Made by a program: the position numbers and the translations under genes. This document shows positions 60,651 to 64,000 of a stretch of DNA of 64,000 nt, in pieces. The DNA lies in contig CM075988.1 in NCBI GenBank assembly GCA_038087875.1, forward strand, positions 17,982,001 to 18,046,000, read 5' to 3'. This stretch comes from Malacoraja senta (Eukaryota). Positions within the stretch are counted from its first letter, which is position 1. Every line of letters starts with the position of its first letter. The notes under the pieces were generated by a model, which saw only the letters and a program-made list of their open reading frames with translations, had not been told where the DNA came from and searched no databases.

Positions 60651-62914
60651 TTTGGGGGAACCGATAAATTGGGGTCCGTAGAGATGAGATATTAACAAGG
60701 CCCCGCTGCACTTTTACAAAATCCCATGGGACGCGAGTAGGGAAGTTCAGATTGCACGGCCCATATGTATTCTTCTAATCCTCGTGTTCAGATGTGGGTG
60801 TTGGGAACGCCAGCATTCATCTCATCCCTCTGATGGATATGCTGACATCCACTGAAAGGCGATCAGTATTACTCAGATTATCTGATCGTTTGCCTCGTTG
60901 TTGTTGTGAGCAATTTCTACATCGTATTTCCTTATATTTTTTTAGTGTCTGTGGTTCAGAATTAAATGATTGACTTTGTTATTTGAGAAAGTTTGGGTTT
61001 ATAAATGCACATTCATTACTGTGGCCTTTGCCTCAACTGAAACCAAAAGTTAAATATTTTTTTGAAAATATTTGCCTAGCTTTATTGATGTGGTTACAAA
61101 AAAGATGGTGCTGGGAACAAGTTAAATAAATCTGTATTGCATATAAATTTGTTTGGACACGTCTGTTTTGCTATTTTTAAACAAAGCAGGATTGTGCGGA
61201 CATTATTGATTTTGCTTCTTTCATTCTGCTGCACAGTTGGGTCACAGACACAGGCTGCCTGTCTGGCCTGTCTCATCCTTACTCCCACCGCAGTCACTGC
61301 CAAGTGAAACTGACTGCAAATGTGGCATCCAGCACTTGGAGTTTCTATTTGAAATGTCTACTGTGCCATGTTGTGTTGTGCAATGGTAAATTTGTTCTTT
61401 ATAACTGGAATTCTGTTGATATTGAATACAGCGGCCTCCTCTAGCTTCATATCTCCATGGCATTTTACGTGCCAAATGTCTGGATTATATCGTTCCTTAA
61501 ATACCTGAAGGCATATAATCTGGTGAAGAGCTGGTGATCAGAGCATGCAGAATGTGTTTTCTGGCCAGACAAGTAGCTGAGCCTCATTAAAAATGATTTA
61601 TTCTGTAAAACCAGTTGCCAGTACTGGTGCTGCAATGGAACACTGCAGTGGGAAAAGCAATTGGAATTACTGTCTGATTCACATAGTTCCTAACAAAGCA
61701 AATTCTAAACCCGGGGTGAATTTCACTGAGTTCAGTATCTCTCCTACAAGGAGAAAATAATACTGACTTATTACATGAACATCAAAGCTAGAAAAAGCAA
61801 CATGTCTGTTGAGTACTCTGTGTTAAGCAGTAAAACTGAACCTGATCTTTTAGCTGAACATTTGGTTGCGTATTATTTTACTGTATTTGAATATCACAAA
61901 CAATATTAGTGATAGGAATAGCGCTGCAGTCTTCAAATCAGTCGCGTATTCCTTTTTCTCATGGGTTATACTTTGTGGCAACCTAAGCTATTCTTGTTGT
62001 TTTCTTTGTCAGCACAGTGACTCTTTTGTGCCCTGAGCTGTACTAGTAGCTGGCCGTGTCATTGTTAAACAAAACAGCGAGCCAGCAAAGATTGCAAAAT
62101 CAATAGTAGTCAATTCATTTATTATAACCAACCTTCATGGGAGTAAACGTGAAGCTCGCAACATAACTGCAGAAACCATTTCAAGCGCTTGAAAGAACAG
62201 TTCCATTGTAAACAAAAAAAAGGTTAATTGAAATTTTTCATTTCAATGGATCCTTGCAGAAATGCAAAACACCCTGTCCTTCAGTTGGTGCCAAGTCCCC
62301 ATTTCATTGTGTACACTATAGCTGGCAATGTATTAATGTTGCTCGAATTCTGTAACCAGTCTTCTTATGACACTGATGCCATGGATTTGAGAGTCACTGT
62401 ACAGATTGTGATATCTGAGAGTGGTTTCTTTTATTAATCCTGAAATTGTCTTATGTGTCAGAAAATAAAACGATAGATGTGATGTTTGGAGACACACTGG
62501 CTGGTAATTGTAGAGCACGTTAAAATGGTGAGCCACGTTAGATCTGTTCAAGCTTTCTCACCAACCTCCTTCCCAAAGAAGCTAAATTATGAGGTTGTCG
62601 ATCATTCTTATCCAAGTATCCGACAGAATTACATGAACACAAGAAAAAAGGAGAGATGCAAGAGATTGCAGATGCTGCAATCTGGAGCAAAACTAAACTG
62701 CCGGAGGAACAGCAGGTCAAGCAGCCTCTGAGGGGGGAAAGGAATAGTCGATGTTGCATTCGAGACCCTTTATCAGGACTGAGATTGTTGCAGAGAGATG
62801 GTCAGTGTGAAGAGGAGTGATGGAGGGGCGAGGCAGGAGCTGCAGGTGAGGCGGGAGGTGATGGACAGATAGAACAGGGCTGGGGGCATGGGGAGCGGTA
62901 GAGTAGGGAGACTT

Positions 62915-63380
62915 TTAAAAATAGGAAAATTACCCCCTTCCAGTGCTTCCTCTAGTAGCTCATTCCACATACTGACTACCCTCTGTGTGAAAACACTGGT
63001 CCTGAGGTTCTTCAAATCTCTCAACTTAAGCCTATGGCCTCTAGCTTTAGAATTCTCTAACCTGGGAAAAAAACTGTGAGCGTTTACTTTATCCATGCTG
63101 TTCATGATCTTGTACACCTCAATAAGGTCACCGCTCAGCCTCCTGCGCTCCAAAGTAAAAAGTGCCTACCTATCCAACCTCTCCCTATAACTCAAGCCCA
63201 TAAGCCCAGGTAACATCCTGGCGCATCTCTTCCACACCCTTTCCAAATGAATGACATCCTTCCTGTAGCTGGGCGACCAGAACTGCACACAGCACTCCTG
63301 GAGTGGTCTTGCCCATGACTTGTACAGCTGCATCATGATGTCAAGACTTTTGTATTCTGTTCCCTTCGCAATGAAGGCAT
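62915..63380 (-). mobile_element. CR1 3' RT fragment
   Basis: ERRRLSGDLIEVYKIM...ARGHRLKL...FTQRVVSMWNELL. Confidence 0.8.
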
Positions 63381-64000
63381 GATATCAAATGGTATAGGAA
63401 AGCTGAGAAATGTATATAGAGGAAAATTTGTTTACCTTTTTAAAATAATTCCAAAGTTTTCAAATATCATATATATTACCTGATCATAAAGAACATTTTG
63501 CCTCTCTCTAAATAACTCCTCTAAATTTTTTTAATTTCTTGGCTTGATCTAATTATGTTTTTTATATCTTAAAATATAGTACTGAAAGTGTTAAGTAGTT
63601 TGGAGTAGATAATTTAGCAATGCATGCTGGTGTTTCGGGATCACAATCTGAGTCAGGGTCTTGTGGGGAAGTATGCTGCAGTACATACTCAGGGACTCGC
63701 ACTGCCTGTTTCACATTGATTGCGTATGTTCTGTATTCGAAAGCCACAGCAATCGCCTCAGTACAAGCGGCAATAATATAATGATCAGTTGAGGGCAATC
63801 GGACTATATCCCTTGCAATTGAGTAATAGGCTCTGATCAGTTCCAAGCTCCTCCCCTTCCCTTCACGTTGTGTTTCATCCCTGTGGTATGAGGTAAATGA
63901 ACAGCGACTGTTGTGCATTGGCTATGTCTCACAACAGGGAAGGCTGAAGAATTGAGAGTCAGTGCATTTCAAACACTGGCTTCTTAAGTCAATCGCTGAA

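Noticed and set aside
61237..61400. Possible constitutive DIXDC1 exon 6 after the acceptor at 61236
   Set aside because: The frame continuing exon 5 (WVTDTGCLSG...) shows no similarity to the expected LTSPSP-type Dixin sequence and would end at the donor in the wrong phase; exon 6 probably lies beyond the window.
63562..63918. 118-aa minus-strand ORF (MHNSRCSF...)
   Set aside because: No recognisable motif or splice structure; length is compatible with chance.

Overview
Eukaryotic, repeat-rich vertebrate DNA. The repeat set (V-domain tRNA-derived SINEs of HE1 type, Deu-domain SacSINE1-like relics, CR1/HER1-like LINEs, Penelope-like elements) points to a cartilaginous fish, probably a skate or ray; this taxon call is inference. 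The only host gene I can support is the 5' half of a DIXDC1 (Dixin/Ccd1) family gene on the + strand. It has five coding exons (13130-13189, 41120-41249, 45433-45558, 46643-46901, 50675-50773) that splice in frame over GT-AG introns into about 224 aa including the calponin-homology domain; the coiled-coil and DIX exons are not in the window. The rest is intronic or upstream DNA full of nested mobile elements, many with boundaries resolvable by TIRs and TSDs: hAT-type non-autonomous elements, a 3-kb CAGGGCTC-ended element with a 5-bp TSD, a Tc1 whose left TIR is split by a Gypsy LTR element, a non-autonomous Helitron, a PIF1/RepHel fossil, and L1, CR1, Rex/Babar and Penelope fragments. The most interesting observations: (1) two copies of one hAT-type family carry unrelated cargo that each folds into an approximately 205-nt hairpin; (2) tandem Penelope ends carry minimal hammerhead-ribozyme-like cores; (3) a templated local duplication lies next to exon 5; (4) there are several phase-compatible candidate alternative first exons of DIXDC1. 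I see no CRISPR array and nothing I can call a validated new system. Family names come from recall, not from a search, and boundaries of old fragments are approximate.
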